A stretch of DNA of 64,000 bases from Octopus vulgaris (GCA_951406725.2 OX597818.1:1798001-1862000); one strand, 5' to 3'; numbered from the stretch's first letter, positions 13,616 to 24,699 are shown. The notes: a model not told the origin generated them from the sequence alone. Translations and numbers: made by a program.

Positions 13616-13677
13616 AGCAATCTCAAGATTAATCAGCCGAAATTGCTAAGATGATCTGGTTCTTGACTGATGACTGA
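13616..13677 (+). ncRNA. Candidate non-circularly permuted hammerhead ribozyme, copy 1
   Basis: AGCAAUC/UCAAGA ... UCAGCC-GAAAUUGCU ... UCUUGA-CUGAUGA-CUGA; stems III (6 bp) and I (6 bp) are in exact register with the core. Confidence 0.65.
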
Positions 13678-14394
13678 GGGCTTCGAATGTCCCGTCCTGT
13701 GGTTCTTGTGTCGTCTCTGTGGCGTTTCATGTTCTTGTCCATGTCTGTAATTATTTTTACTGTTTACCTATATAATCGGCGGCTACGTATCCACAATTGT
13801 CCTTATACGATAAGTATATTTTTTTCTCAAGCATTGATACGACTCTTAATCTTTCTTTCTCTCTCTCTCTCCTCCCTTATTCCCCCTCCTTTCTTTCCCT
13901 CTCCATCCGTTTCCCCCCCCTTCTACGTTTCTCTATCTCTCTCACCTCCAGCCCCCTCGATCTGTCTCTTTCTTCTCCTCCCTCGTCCACCTTCTCTCTC
14001 TTTTCATCTGTCCCTTTCTCTTGTCTTTTGTTCTCACGTGACCGCTGACCGCTGTTGAGCGCTCTTTTCGTTCCAGCAGCCGTTGAAGCAACACGTACTT
14101 GTTCGTCTCCCTGTGGCCATTAGGCACAACTTCATAAGCCAGCCCCATGCTCAATTCGTCCTGTCGAAAGACCCTTGTCCTACGTCCTGGTTTTGTTTTG
14201 TTGTTTATTTTTTATACTTTATTTTTACCGTTATTGTTTTTACGTTTTTGTATTCTTATTGTTGTCACGTATTCTGTATTTTTGTTCGTGTACTTCGTTC
14301 GTTTTCCGTCCTCGTGTTGTATACATTCGAAGCTTTCTTCCAGGGGATCTAATGCACTTGGCTTAGATTTCCCGTGGCGGGCTGCCCATATCGG

Positions 14395-14456
14395 AGCAAT
14401 CTCAAGATTAATCAGCCGAAATTGCTAAGATGATCTGGTTCTTGACTGATGACTGA
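14395..14456 (+). ncRNA. Candidate non-circularly permuted hammerhead ribozyme, copy 2
   Basis: Identical to 13616-13677. Confidence 0.65.
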
Positions 14457-14736
14457 GGGCTTCGAATGTCCCGTCCTGTGGTTCTTGTGTCGTCTCTGTG
14501 GCGTTTCATGTTCTTGTCCATGTCTGTAATTATTTTTACTGTTTACCTATATATATATATATATATATGAAATCAAATATCAAACTCTGTTTTCAAAGTA
14601 TTATCGTTCACATAACATATACATGAATGTTATGTGAACAATATTTTTGTCCTATGTGTAGGTTTTTTTAGCATTTAATGCATTTTTCATTTATTGAGAA
14701 ACTGAACACCACGCATCTCGACTTTTATTAACAATA

Positions 14737-14783
<47 letters not shown>

Positions 14784-14828
14784 TCGTACTACATCATTTC
14801 TTAATATTATATCCTGTTGCTTATTTTG

Positions 14829-14865
<37 letters not shown>

Positions 14866-16010
14866 GCAGCAGGATATCAAGAGGTGATGCAGTACGACTG
14901 TTTCTAGCGGCTCCATTTAATTGAACAATGCAATCATTACATCAATTTAAATGCAGAGCTATCATTACCTGCACAAATAAATATGATTTTAATTAGTTTA
15001 AGGAGCGAGATGACAGAATCGTTAGCATGCCGGATGAAATGCTTAGCAGTATTTCGTCTGCCGCTACGTTCTGAGTTCAAATTCCGTTGAGGTCGACTTT
15101 GCCTTTCATCCTTTCGGGGTCGATTAAATAAGTACCAGTTACGCACTGGGGTCGATATAATCGATTTAATCCGTTTGTCTGTCCTTGTTCGTCCCCTCTG
15201 TGTTTAGCCCCTTGTGGTTAGTAAAGAAATAGGTATTTCTTCTGCCGTTACCTTCTGAGTTCAAATTCTGCCGAGGTCGACTTTGCCTTTTATCCTTTCG
15301 GGGTCGATAAATTAAGTACCAGTTATGCACTGGGGTCGATGTAATCGACTTAATCCCTTTTGTCACTTCTTGTTTGTCCCCTCTATGTTTAGCCCCTTGT
15401 GGGCAATAAAGAAATAAGAATTTTAATCAGTTTGACACATTAATATAATTTTTCTCAAATACTTTAACTGAGAGAGATGGAAGAAATCCATGTTATCTCT
15501 GTTATAGCTAAGAAAAGACTACACTTCCAAGAAAGGCACGAAGCCCACTGCGCTCATAGCTTGTAAAGGATTGAGGTTCATTCAGTTACTCTATACCCAA
15601 TTTACTACTCCTAATGTCTTGACAGTAATGTCTTGACCATACCTAGCCATGAGCTATCTTGCCCTTCATTCCAAACAGGCACAGTCCTCTAGTCTTAGAT
15701 TTAGTAGTTGATAAAAAGAGAAATAAATTAGAAATGAACCTCAATTATTTACAATCTATGGCCTCAGTGGGGTCTATGACTTTCTTGGAAGAGTAGTCTA
15801 TTCTTAGCTACAATAGCGACAACATGGATTTTTTCCATCTTCTTGCTCTATTAAAGCATTTGAGAAAAATTATATTAATGTGCCCAACTGATTAACATTT
15901 TAATTATTTATGTAGCTGATGATAGTCCTGCATTTAAATTGATGTAATGATTGCATTGTTCGATTAAATGGAGCCGCTTAAACTGCATCACGTCTTGATA
16001 TCCTGTTGCT
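14866..16010. mobile_element. Foldback/MITE with ~300 bp diverged inverted arms; left arm interrupted by a SINE
   Basis: aggatatcaagaggtgatgcag...atttaaatgcag plus 15421-15580 are inverted at ~15730-16010. Confidence 0.7.
15001..15417 (+). mobile_element. tRNA-derived SINE, dimeric
   Basis: Pol III B-box-like gagttcaaattcc twice; second unit restarts at gtatttc(g/t)tct; flanked by a ttttaat(t/c)agttt duplication. Confidence 0.88.
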
Positions 16011-16105
16011 TATTTTGATTTTATTCACCTTACTTCGAGGTGTGCGGATAATACCGGACTTAGTGCTTCAACTGAAGTACTTGATTCAACTGAATCTCAA
16101 TTATT

Positions 16106-16168
<63 letters not shown>

Positions 16169-16387
16169 CATATACACGCATACATTCTCACTCATACACA
16201 CACACACAGAGGTGCACATGCACACACACACATATACACACACACACACACTTTCATTTTCTTCTTTCCTTTTAGTCCAGTCTTCCATATTTGCCCTTTC
16301 TGATACAAGCTCTTATATCATTTATATTATTATTGAATTGAACACCACACATCCATTTCCAAGTAAATTTTTATGTTTATATATATA

Positions 16388-16990
16388 TGAAGTGGCTGTG
16401 TGGTGGCAAGCTTGCTTACCAACCCACATGGTTCCGGGTTCAGTCCCATTGCGTGGCACCTTGGGAAAGTGTCTTCTTCTGTAGCCTCGGCCCGACCAAA
16501 GCCTTGTGAGTGGATATGGTAGACAAAAACTAAAAGAAGCCCATCGTATATATATATATATCAATTAGAAATGGAAACGAAAACAATAATAATAATCATT
16601 AAACGATAAATTCAATTTAGTTTAATTATTTTATACAACAAATGACACATCTCATAAATTACAGCTGTTTCCATTCAATTAATAAAAACAAGTTTTTCAA
16701 GAATAATAAAATACCGTTTAAATGTAATGAGTTTCATCAGATCGGCATATCTGCTTAAATATCTATATATTTGTGTGTCTGTGTTTGCTCTTCCCCACCA
16801 TCGCTTGACAACCAATGTTGGTATGTTTGCGCCCCCGTAAATTAGCCGTTCGGCAAAAGATCCCAATAGAATAAGTACTAGGGTTACGAAGAATATGTCC
16901 TGGGGTCGATTTCTTCGACTAAAGTCGGTGCTCTAGCATGGCTGCAATCGAATGACTGAAATGAGTGAAAGAATAAAACAATAAAAGAAT
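16388..16990 (+). mobile_element. CORE-type SINE with an insertion in its internal (TA)n
   Basis: Head gtggctgtgtgg...ggttcagtccc...ccttgggaaagtgtcttc and the standard family tail; foreign segment at 16562-16755. Confidence 0.8.
16657..16743 (-). ncRNA. Minimal type I hammerhead motif (ACAGCUGU palindromic stem III)
   Basis: GAU-CUGAUGA-A..imperfect AU-rich stem II..G-GAA-ACAGCUGU-A/AUU. Confidence 0.6.
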
Positions 16991-17444
16991 ATATATGCAT
17001 GTGTGTATATATATATATATATTAAGTTTATTTGTTTGTATTTTTGAAATTAGCTATTTCATCTTTAAATATGAAAAATTAATTTATTAGGTCTTTATTA
17101 TATGTGCATATATATTTATTTATGGAGATTATTTTAGATCTTAATTATAATTTTTATATACGTTTATATATTTTCATTGATAATTTATATATAATAGTAA
17201 TTTTTTTAAAAGATATTTATGTAATTAGATATAGTCTATTACCGATCTTAGATTATTGGTGGGTTTCTTACCTTATAAATTAAAATTAATATTTAACATT
17301 ATAATCGATTTTGATATAATCATAATTGTTAAGTTTTAAGTTTCTAGTTTGGTAATAGAGTTTATTATAAGTAAAATTATTATAATATTTATATCTTAAA
17401 AATATTGTTTAAATATTTCTGATTATTTTTAAAATATTTCAATT

Positions 17445-17540
17445 AACCTGAAGATTGACTGTAACCATAACTCGAATTATCAATTGAATTTAAATTATTG
17501 TTATTCGAATTGGTACAGCCATGAAACGATCGTAGTGTTT
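17445..17540 (+). ncRNA. Minimal type I hammerhead motif (ACGAUCGU palindrome), degenerate
   Basis: CUGAAGA at 17448-17454, stem II CUGUA(A)CCA/UGGUACAG, GAA-ACGAUCGU-A at 17523-17534; weak stem I. Confidence 0.55.
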
Positions 17541-17686
17541 TACTCTTTATCTTTTATTAAACTTTTAATACTTTTGATAATTCTAAAAACAATTTTTTTA
17601 AATAAAAAAATTAATTAATTAATTAATTAACTGATAAATAAAATAATATATAAATATAAAATATACATACATATATATATATTTGT

Positions 17687-17717
<31 letters not shown>

Positions 17718-17836
17718 TTATAAGTTTAAATTATTTAAATAATTTTTTTTTTTAACTTTTATATTTTAACTTAATTTTATGTATTGGCTTATGTTTTTCA
17801 CTGTTTGATTTGCCTAATAGTGGTTTTATCTCTAAT

Positions 17837-17907
<71 letters not shown>

Positions 17908-17990
17908 ACACAAAGAGAAAACACAACAACGCGAGGACGTGGAACAAATATAGTATTATTGGACGCTCAGGAAGGAAGGGAAGAAGGAGG

Positions 17991-18025
17991 ATTTTACGTT
18001 TCGAGCGTAGCTCTTCGTCAGAAAC
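17991..18025 (-). ncRNA. Minimal type I hammerhead
   Basis: GUUU-CUGACGA-A-GAGC-UAC-GCUC-GAA-ACGU-A/AAAU. Confidence 0.75.
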
Positions 18026-18133
18026 ATAGGAAAAGGAAAGATCCAGAGAAGGGAAGACGGAGGGAAAAAATCGCCAACGGTACACAAGCGGTCACATTTT
18101 GAATATATATATATATGTATGTATATATATATG

Positions 18134-18167
<34 letters not shown>

Positions 18168-18264
18168 TATATAGTTAAGAAAGCACAAAAAAAAACACAA
18201 CAACGTGAGGACGTGGAACAAATATAGTATTATTGGACGCTCAGGAAAGAAGGAAAGAAGGAGG

Positions 18265-18299
18265 GTTTAACGTTTCGAGCGGAGCTCTTCGTCGGAAAC
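18265..18299 (-). ncRNA. Minimal type I hammerhead, U4C variant
   Basis: GUUU-CCGACGA-A-GAGC-UCC-GCUC-GAA-ACGU-U/AAAC. Confidence 0.65.
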
Positions 18300-18425
18300 A
18301 TAGGAGAAGGAAAGATCCAGAGAAAGGAAGACAGAGGGAAAAACATCGCCAACGGTACACACGCGGTCAGATTTTGAATGGATATATATATATATGGATA
18401 TATATATATATATGGATATATGAAT

Positions 18426-18476
<51 letters not shown>

Positions 18477-18861
18477 GCGTAGGAGTGGCTTGCTGACCTG
18501 GTTCCTGGTTCAGTCCCACTGCGTGGCACCTTGGGCAAGTGTCTTCTACTATAGCCTCGGGCCAACCAAATCCTTGTGCATGGATTTGCTAAACGGAAAC
18601 CGAAAGACGCCCGTCGTATATATGTATATATATGTGTGTGTGTGTATATGTTTGTGTGTCTGTGTTTGTACCCCCAACATCGCTTGACAAAAGATGCTAG
18701 CGTATTTCCTTCTCCCTAACTTAACGGTTTGGCAAAAGAGACCGATGGAATAAGTCCTACGCTTACAAAGAATAAGCCCTGGGGTTGATGTGCTCGACTA
18801 AAGGTGGTGCTCCAGCATGGCCAAAGCCAAATGATTGAAAAAAATAAAAGAGTAAAAGAGT
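18477..18861 (+). mobile_element. CORE-type SINE
   Basis: Full head, internal TA/TG tract, aaaagagt tail. Confidence 0.85.
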
Positions 18862-18876
18862 ATATATATATATATT

Positions 18877-19080
18877 ATTCTTTTATCTGTTACAGTCATT
18901 TGACTCCGGGCATGCAGAAGCACCGCCTTTAGCTGAACAAATCGACCTCAGGACTTATTCTTTGTAATCCTAATGTTTATTCTATTGGGCTCTTTTGCGG
19001 AACCGCTAAGTTACGGGGACATAAACACACCAACATCGGTTGTCGAGCGATGGTGGGGGAACAAACAGACACTCAAAAAT
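18877..19080 (-). mobile_element. CORE-type SINE 3' half
   Basis: Reverse complement of the family tail. Confidence 0.8.
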
Positions 19081-19103
19081 ATACATATATACACACACAC
19101 ACA

Positions 19104-19164
<61 letters not shown>

Positions 19165-19592
19165 GCATATATAGGTACGGACGTCACCAACTGTGTGAAC
19201 AACATGAAGTACGAAAACAAACGAGTTAAATACGCAAACAACGAGCGAAAATGGAAAACAGGACAAGTAACAGAGAGAACGACCCTTCATTAGTTGTCGG
19301 CTGACTATCTTTGAAAATAGAAAAGATAGAAGAAAGAGATAGAAAAATGTCCAGTCCTTAGAATGTCGTGCAAGAATAGAAAGCTGGACGGTGGTCATGT
19401 GTGAGCAACGAGAGAGAGAGAGGGAGGAAAACAAAAAGACGGGGAGAGAAAGAGACAGCTAGAAAACGGTGAAGGGGTGAAAAAGGGAATGAGAGAAGGA
19501 TGGGGAAGAAAACAGTGTAGAGTAGATTTGTATCAAAAAGATTAAGATAAACTAATTTGGAAATGGATGCGTGGCGTTCAATTAAATAAGTT

Positions 19593-19655
<63 letters not shown>

Positions 19656-19796
19656 TATACGGGTACAGGACGTCACCTGTAAACAACACGAAGTGCAAAA
19701 ACAAACGAGTTAAATATACAAACGATATATAGATATGATGTATGTACATATATATGTATATATATATATGTGCGCATATACACATATATATATATA

Positions 19797-20433
19797 CTAG
19801 CAGTATCGCCCGGCGTTGCTCGGGTTTGTAAGGGAAATAACTATATAAGCATTTTTAGAGAGTTATAGCCAAAAAATAGCAAAAAATGCATTAAAAATGG
19901 AAAAAATATGATGGTAAATTTTTTGAAAAATCGTTGACTCATCGTAGACATTTTTAGAGAGTTACTTCCCTTATATAATAGCGAAAAAATGCATTAAAAT
20001 GGAAAAAAAACGATGGTAAATTTTTTTTTAAATCGTAGACTCATGTAGACGCTTTCTTAGCCATTTCTGTTTTGGTGTCTTCAAGCCATGAAGTCGTTGT
20101 TCTAAAAGAACGCTGGTCTCCTTGACAACGCATTACGACGTTGATTTCCTTACACTCCCTTCCCCACAGGTGCAGGTGTGAGCGTGGACGCCAACTCCGC
20201 CGCCATCGACACACGAAAAATTACGCATTAAAATGGAATAAAAAATAATGTTAAATTATTTTTAAAATCGTAGACTCATCGTAGACGCGCGCTAATACTC
20301 AGACGGGCTCGATATGAATCACGACTATAAGCTACCCGAATTTGGTTAAACTGCACCGCAAAATGTGGGAGTAGTTAGGAATCTAAATCGAAGGGGACAG
20401 ACACTCACACAACTACAGTTTTATATATATAGA
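19797..20433 (-). mobile_element. Non-autonomous Helitron-like element
   Basis: Same termini as 12750-13146, inverted, with a longer interior. Confidence 0.85.
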
Positions 20434-20444
20434 TATACATAGCG

Positions 20445-20890
20445 CAGTAGTGGTGAGATGTGACAGCAAAGAAAAGCATACATTCACTCTCTGCATGCAA
20501 TTAGACTCGGAAAGTTCGTGAGGAACCCATTGACCCAATTTGCTGACTTTTCCGATAGCACACAGGTCTCAATGAATGGTTGAATGACCAAATCCAAGCT
20601 TCTCTGCTAGTTCCTCAACAGTTACGATGAGATTTTGTTCCACCAGGGTTTTCAGGATGTCCTTGTCGAGTTCTACAGATCTTTCAGGATGAGGCTCGTC
20701 TTCTAGGCTGTTCCAATATAGCTTTGAAAAAAAAATAGCTGTTAAAATCGAAATGCACTCTTCAAAACTTGCACTATGAATAAGGACAAGATAAAATTAC
20801 TACCTGCTTTTATAGCAAGTTAATATAAGTAGTTTATCCCATTCCCCTCTGACTTTTAGTTCAAGCTGTTGAAAAAACCGCATTATTATA
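20445..20890 (-). mobile_element. Deleted mariner fragment
   Basis: Minus-strand translation SLEDEPHPERS...EELAEKLG...GQWVPHELS. Confidence 0.8.
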
Positions 20891-20920
20891 TATACATACA
20901 TACATACATACATACATACA

Positions 20921-20952
<32 letters not shown>

Positions 20953-21256
20953 CACACACACTCTCTCTCTCACACACATGCACACATTTATATTCTGTTA
21001 TTCTTTTATATGTTTCAGCCTTGAGGTTGTGGCCATGCTGGATCATGTGTGTGTGTGTGTGTGTCTATCTGTCTGTATGTCTGTATGTATATATGTATAT
21101 GTATGCGTGTGAACAATAATATTTTCAACAGATGTGTTGCAAATGTATCTGATTGTTCTCAAGCTTCAATACTGTGTGTGTGTATGTGTGTGTGTGTGTA
21201 TGTATGTATATGTATGTATGTATGTGTGTATGTATGTATGTGTGTGTATGTATGTA

Positions 21257-21287
<31 letters not shown>

Positions 21288-21458
21288 ATGTATGTATGTA
21301 TGTATGTATGTATGAGTGTATGTTTACTTTATTACTAACTATCTCTGGCTATTTACTCTCTTCCAAGAACATTTTCACTCACACTTATGTGTTAGCTTCC
21401 CATACATTTTACTCATGTATCTATCAGCGTGATAGAGAGAAACAAATATTACATCTAG

Positions 21459-21998
21459 TTTCACTTTATTCGTTGCCCACTGTGTGTGTGCGTTTGCGTG
21501 TGGTGTAAACCAGACTAAGAAAAGCATTTGACACACACCAGAATGTGAGTTTTCTGTAAATTTTGCTTAATTGGAGTTTAAATTTTAAAAACTGGACCTG
21601 GCATGACGCGATGCATTGTACTCTTAAAACTGCTAGGTAAATTGTAATTGAAGAAATCCTATATTGTAGATTTCTATAACTCCCAAAGGGAGGCAGATAA
21701 AATCTGCCTTTTATAATAAGAGATACACATATCTCTTATTATAAAAGGCAGATTTTATCTGCCTCCCTTTGGGAGTTATACAAATCTACAATATAGGATT
21801 TCTTCAATTACAATTTACCTTGCATTTTTAAGAGTACAATGCATCGCATCATGCCAAGTCCAGTTTTTAAAATTTAAACTCCAATTAAGCAAAATTTACA
21901 GAAAACTCACATTCTGGTGTGTGTGTCAAATGCTTTTCTTAGTCTGGTTTACAGCACACGCAAACGCACACACACAGTGGGCAACGAATAAAATGAAA
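21459..21998. repeat. ~540 bp near-perfect palindrome
   Basis: Arms ~21459-21725 and ~21731-21998 are reverse complements around a spacer of a few bp. Confidence 0.92.
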
Positions 21999-22151
21999 GT
22001 AATTGACTTACTGTAGTGAGTGATTCTTTCACTCTGCCTCCCACTTCCTCTTTCAACACATAGACACGCAAATATATAAATAAAATTGTAAGCTAACGTG
22101 CGTGTGTGTGAGTGGGTGTGTGTGGGTGTGCGCGTGTGTGTGTGTGTGAGG

Positions 22152-22191
<40 letters not shown>

Positions 22192-22254
22192 GCGTGAGTG
22201 TGTGACAGGAAAGTTTTTTGCGACGAATATAACACCTATATCCAAGTAGCAGAA

Positions 22255-22845
22255 AGATAAGACAGTAAGGTGTGATTTGGGGGAAATTTGACTGCTATTT
22301 CTACCAGGTCTAGCTGCCATGTAGGGGTCTCCCTCATAGGCTCATACATACATATATACATAGATAAGACAGTGAGGTGTGATTTGGGGGAAATTTGGCT
22401 GCTATTTCTACCAGGTCTAGCTGCCATGTAGGGGTCTCCCTCATAGGCTCATACATACATATATACATAGATAAGACAGTAAGGTGTGATTTGGGGGAAA
22501 TTTGGCTGCTATTTCTACCAGGTCTAGCTGCCATGTAGGGGTCTCCCTCATAGGCTCATACATACATATATACATAGATAAGACAGTAAGGTGTGATTTG
22601 GGGGAAATTTGGCTGCTATTTCTACCAGGTCTAGCTGCCATGTAGGGGTCTCCCTCATAGGCTCATACATACATATATACATAGATAAGACAGTAAGGTG
22701 TGATTTGGGGGTAATTTGGCTGCTATTTCTACCAGGTCTAGCTACCATGTAGAGGTCCCCCTCATTGGCTCATATATATATATACATACATAAGACAGTA
22801 AGGTGTGATTTGAGGGAGATTTGGCTGCTGTTTCTACCAGGTCTG
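22255..22845 (-). repeat. 107-bp tandem array (~5.5 units) with an HDV-like ribozyme fold on the minus strand
   Basis: Period 107 (repeated ORF starts 22320, 22427, 22534, 22641, 22748). Confidence 0.9.
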
Positions 22846-22914
22846 TTAGGCCTTCTCATGTAAACTCAAGCTTTCTCATGCCTTGAACATAAGACCAAAG
22901 CAGAGAATGTATTC

Positions 22915-23135
22915 TTTTATTCTTCTGCTTTTTCCAGCCATTGGTCTGTGGCCATGCTGGGGCAATGCCTTGAAGAATTGTAGTTTAATGAATCAACTCC
23001 AGTTTTATTTTTGTAAGCATTGTACTTATTCTATCTGTTTCCTTTGTCAAACCACTAGGTGACAGGGATGTAAACAAACCAACATTCGTTGTCAAGCAGT
23101 GGTGGAGGACAATCACAAGCACAGACACGCACACA
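22915..23135 (-). mobile_element. CORE-type SINE 3' half, diverged
   Basis: gccatgctgg...tacttattctatc...tgtaaac...ttgtcaagc. Confidence 0.7.
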
Positions 23136-23211
23136 CACACACATACATGCATACACATATACACACATACATACATACATACATATATATATATGTGTGT
23201 GTATATATATA

Positions 23212-23470
23212 TTGCAGCGTGGAAGGTGTTTGTAAGCCATTTAAGAAACACAAAAAAATCGTTACATTCACTTCAACATTTAAATTTAATTTGCCAAAAT
23301 ATTTTCGTCGCTTTGAGACCGCGACCTGTTCACTGACAAAAATATCGTGCTAACAGGTCGCGGTCTCAAAGCGACGAAAATATTTTGACAAATTAAATTT
23401 AAATGTTGAAGTGAATCTAACGGTTTTTGTGTGTTTCTTAAATGGCTTATAAACACCTTCAACGCTGCAA
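23212..23470. mobile_element. Inverted pair of PLE pseudo-LTR-like ends
   Basis: 23212-23330 is inverted at 23352-23470; TA-rich flanks. Confidence 0.75.
23290..23340 (-). ncRNA. Minimal hammerhead with G3:C8-swapped core
   Basis: UUUGUCA-GUGAACA-G-GUCGC-GGUCUCAAA-GCGAC-GAA-AAUAUU-U/UGGCAAA. Confidence 0.72.
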
Positions 23471-23632
23471 CTGTTTTCGTTCCAGCACACGATCTCAGAT
23501 CAAGTCACTTGCTATGCAAGTACATCTCTGTAACTATATATATATTTATATATATATATATATGTATATTGGTAAAAACAGTAAGATAACAAAAGAAAGA
23601 AAGAGACCTCAATATTATGTAAATAGAGGAAA

Positions 23633-24025
23633 TCTTTATATATAAAAGTGAGGTTGTGTGTCTGTCTCCTACGATTTAGATTCCTAACTACTCCCACATT
23701 TTGCGGTGCAGTTTAACCAAAACCGGGTATCTTATAGTCGTGATTCATATCGAGACCGTCTGGGTATTAGCGCGCGTCTACGATGAGTCTACGATTTAAA
23801 AAAATTTACCATCAATTTTTCCCATTTTTAATCCATTTTTGACATATATAAGGGAAGTAACTCTCTAAAATTTATTATTATATCTCAGAACGTAAAAAGC
23901 TACAGTAACACCCCTCCCCCTTTGTAGTTAGCCATATTGAGATGGCTATTATACTTTACATCTCTAAAAATGCTTATATAATTATTTCCCTTACAAACCC
24001 GAGCAACGCCGGGCGATACTGCTAG
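23633..24025 (+). mobile_element. Non-autonomous Helitron-like element
   Basis: A|TC ... cccgagcaacgccggg ... CTAG|T. Confidence 0.85.
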
Positions 24026-24699
24026 TACATATATATATGTATATATACTTCGTGGTAACCTACATGTATAAATGTATATATATATGTATGTGTGTGTGTG
24101 TGTGTGTGCATGTGTGTGTGCACGCGCACATGCATTATGTGGACGATACTTTCAACCAATCCCTAACAACTGTATCTGATTTTTTAAGTGCTTCAATCCA
24201 TTGTATGCACCTATATTTACTAGATTACTTCAATGTCCTCTCCCTTTGCATTGATGCGCAATTTTCTATAATTTATAGATCTGTCGGCATTTTTGCCCAC
24301 ACGGGCCTGCTAGTTTTATCATAATATATGATAGATTATTTAAGGCTTCTTCTAACTTTTCTTTCGAGGGAAATGTTTCTTCATCAGCATTTCGTACGGA
24401 AAGGTTTTACGGCATTAGTGAATCAGCGGTGTGTTACAACATTGACTCAAACATGAAAGTTCCCTTTTTACCCCAATTAACATAGCTTTACTTAAGATGG
24501 GTTACAAAATATACGTTGATCTGGGAGTGGTTTAGATGCCAGTTCACTTGCTCACAACCTTGCGTCAGTAGATGTAGATAAGAAAAGAAGGATGCAATTG
24601 ATAATTTCTGATCCATACTTCAAACAAATGTAGAATATAAAGTTTTAGACGAAAGTGTTAGCTAAGCGGTAGGCTCTTGTCTATAATGTGGTCAAGAAA

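Larger units (their letters stand above)
13391..14553 (+). mobile_element. Direct-repeat (pseudo-LTR/retrozyme-like) element in (TA)n
   Basis: Two apparently identical ~384 bp repeats (13391-13774, 14170-14553; offset 779) around a CT-rich spacer, each carrying a hammerhead core. Confidence 0.75.
17903..18380 (-). mobile_element. Two tandem ~200 bp PLE pseudo-LTR-like repeats separated by (TA)n
   Basis: 17903-18102 and 18173-18380 are near-identical; third copy on + strand at ~47460-47655. Confidence 0.7.

Noticed and set aside
15001-15100. tRNA-like head as a tRNA gene
   Set aside because: Part of a multi-copy SINE with tail and TSD; no convincing cloverleaf
22255-22845. CRISPR-like appearance of the regular repeats
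   Set aside because: Whole units are repeated with no unique spacers; eukaryotic context; no cas genes
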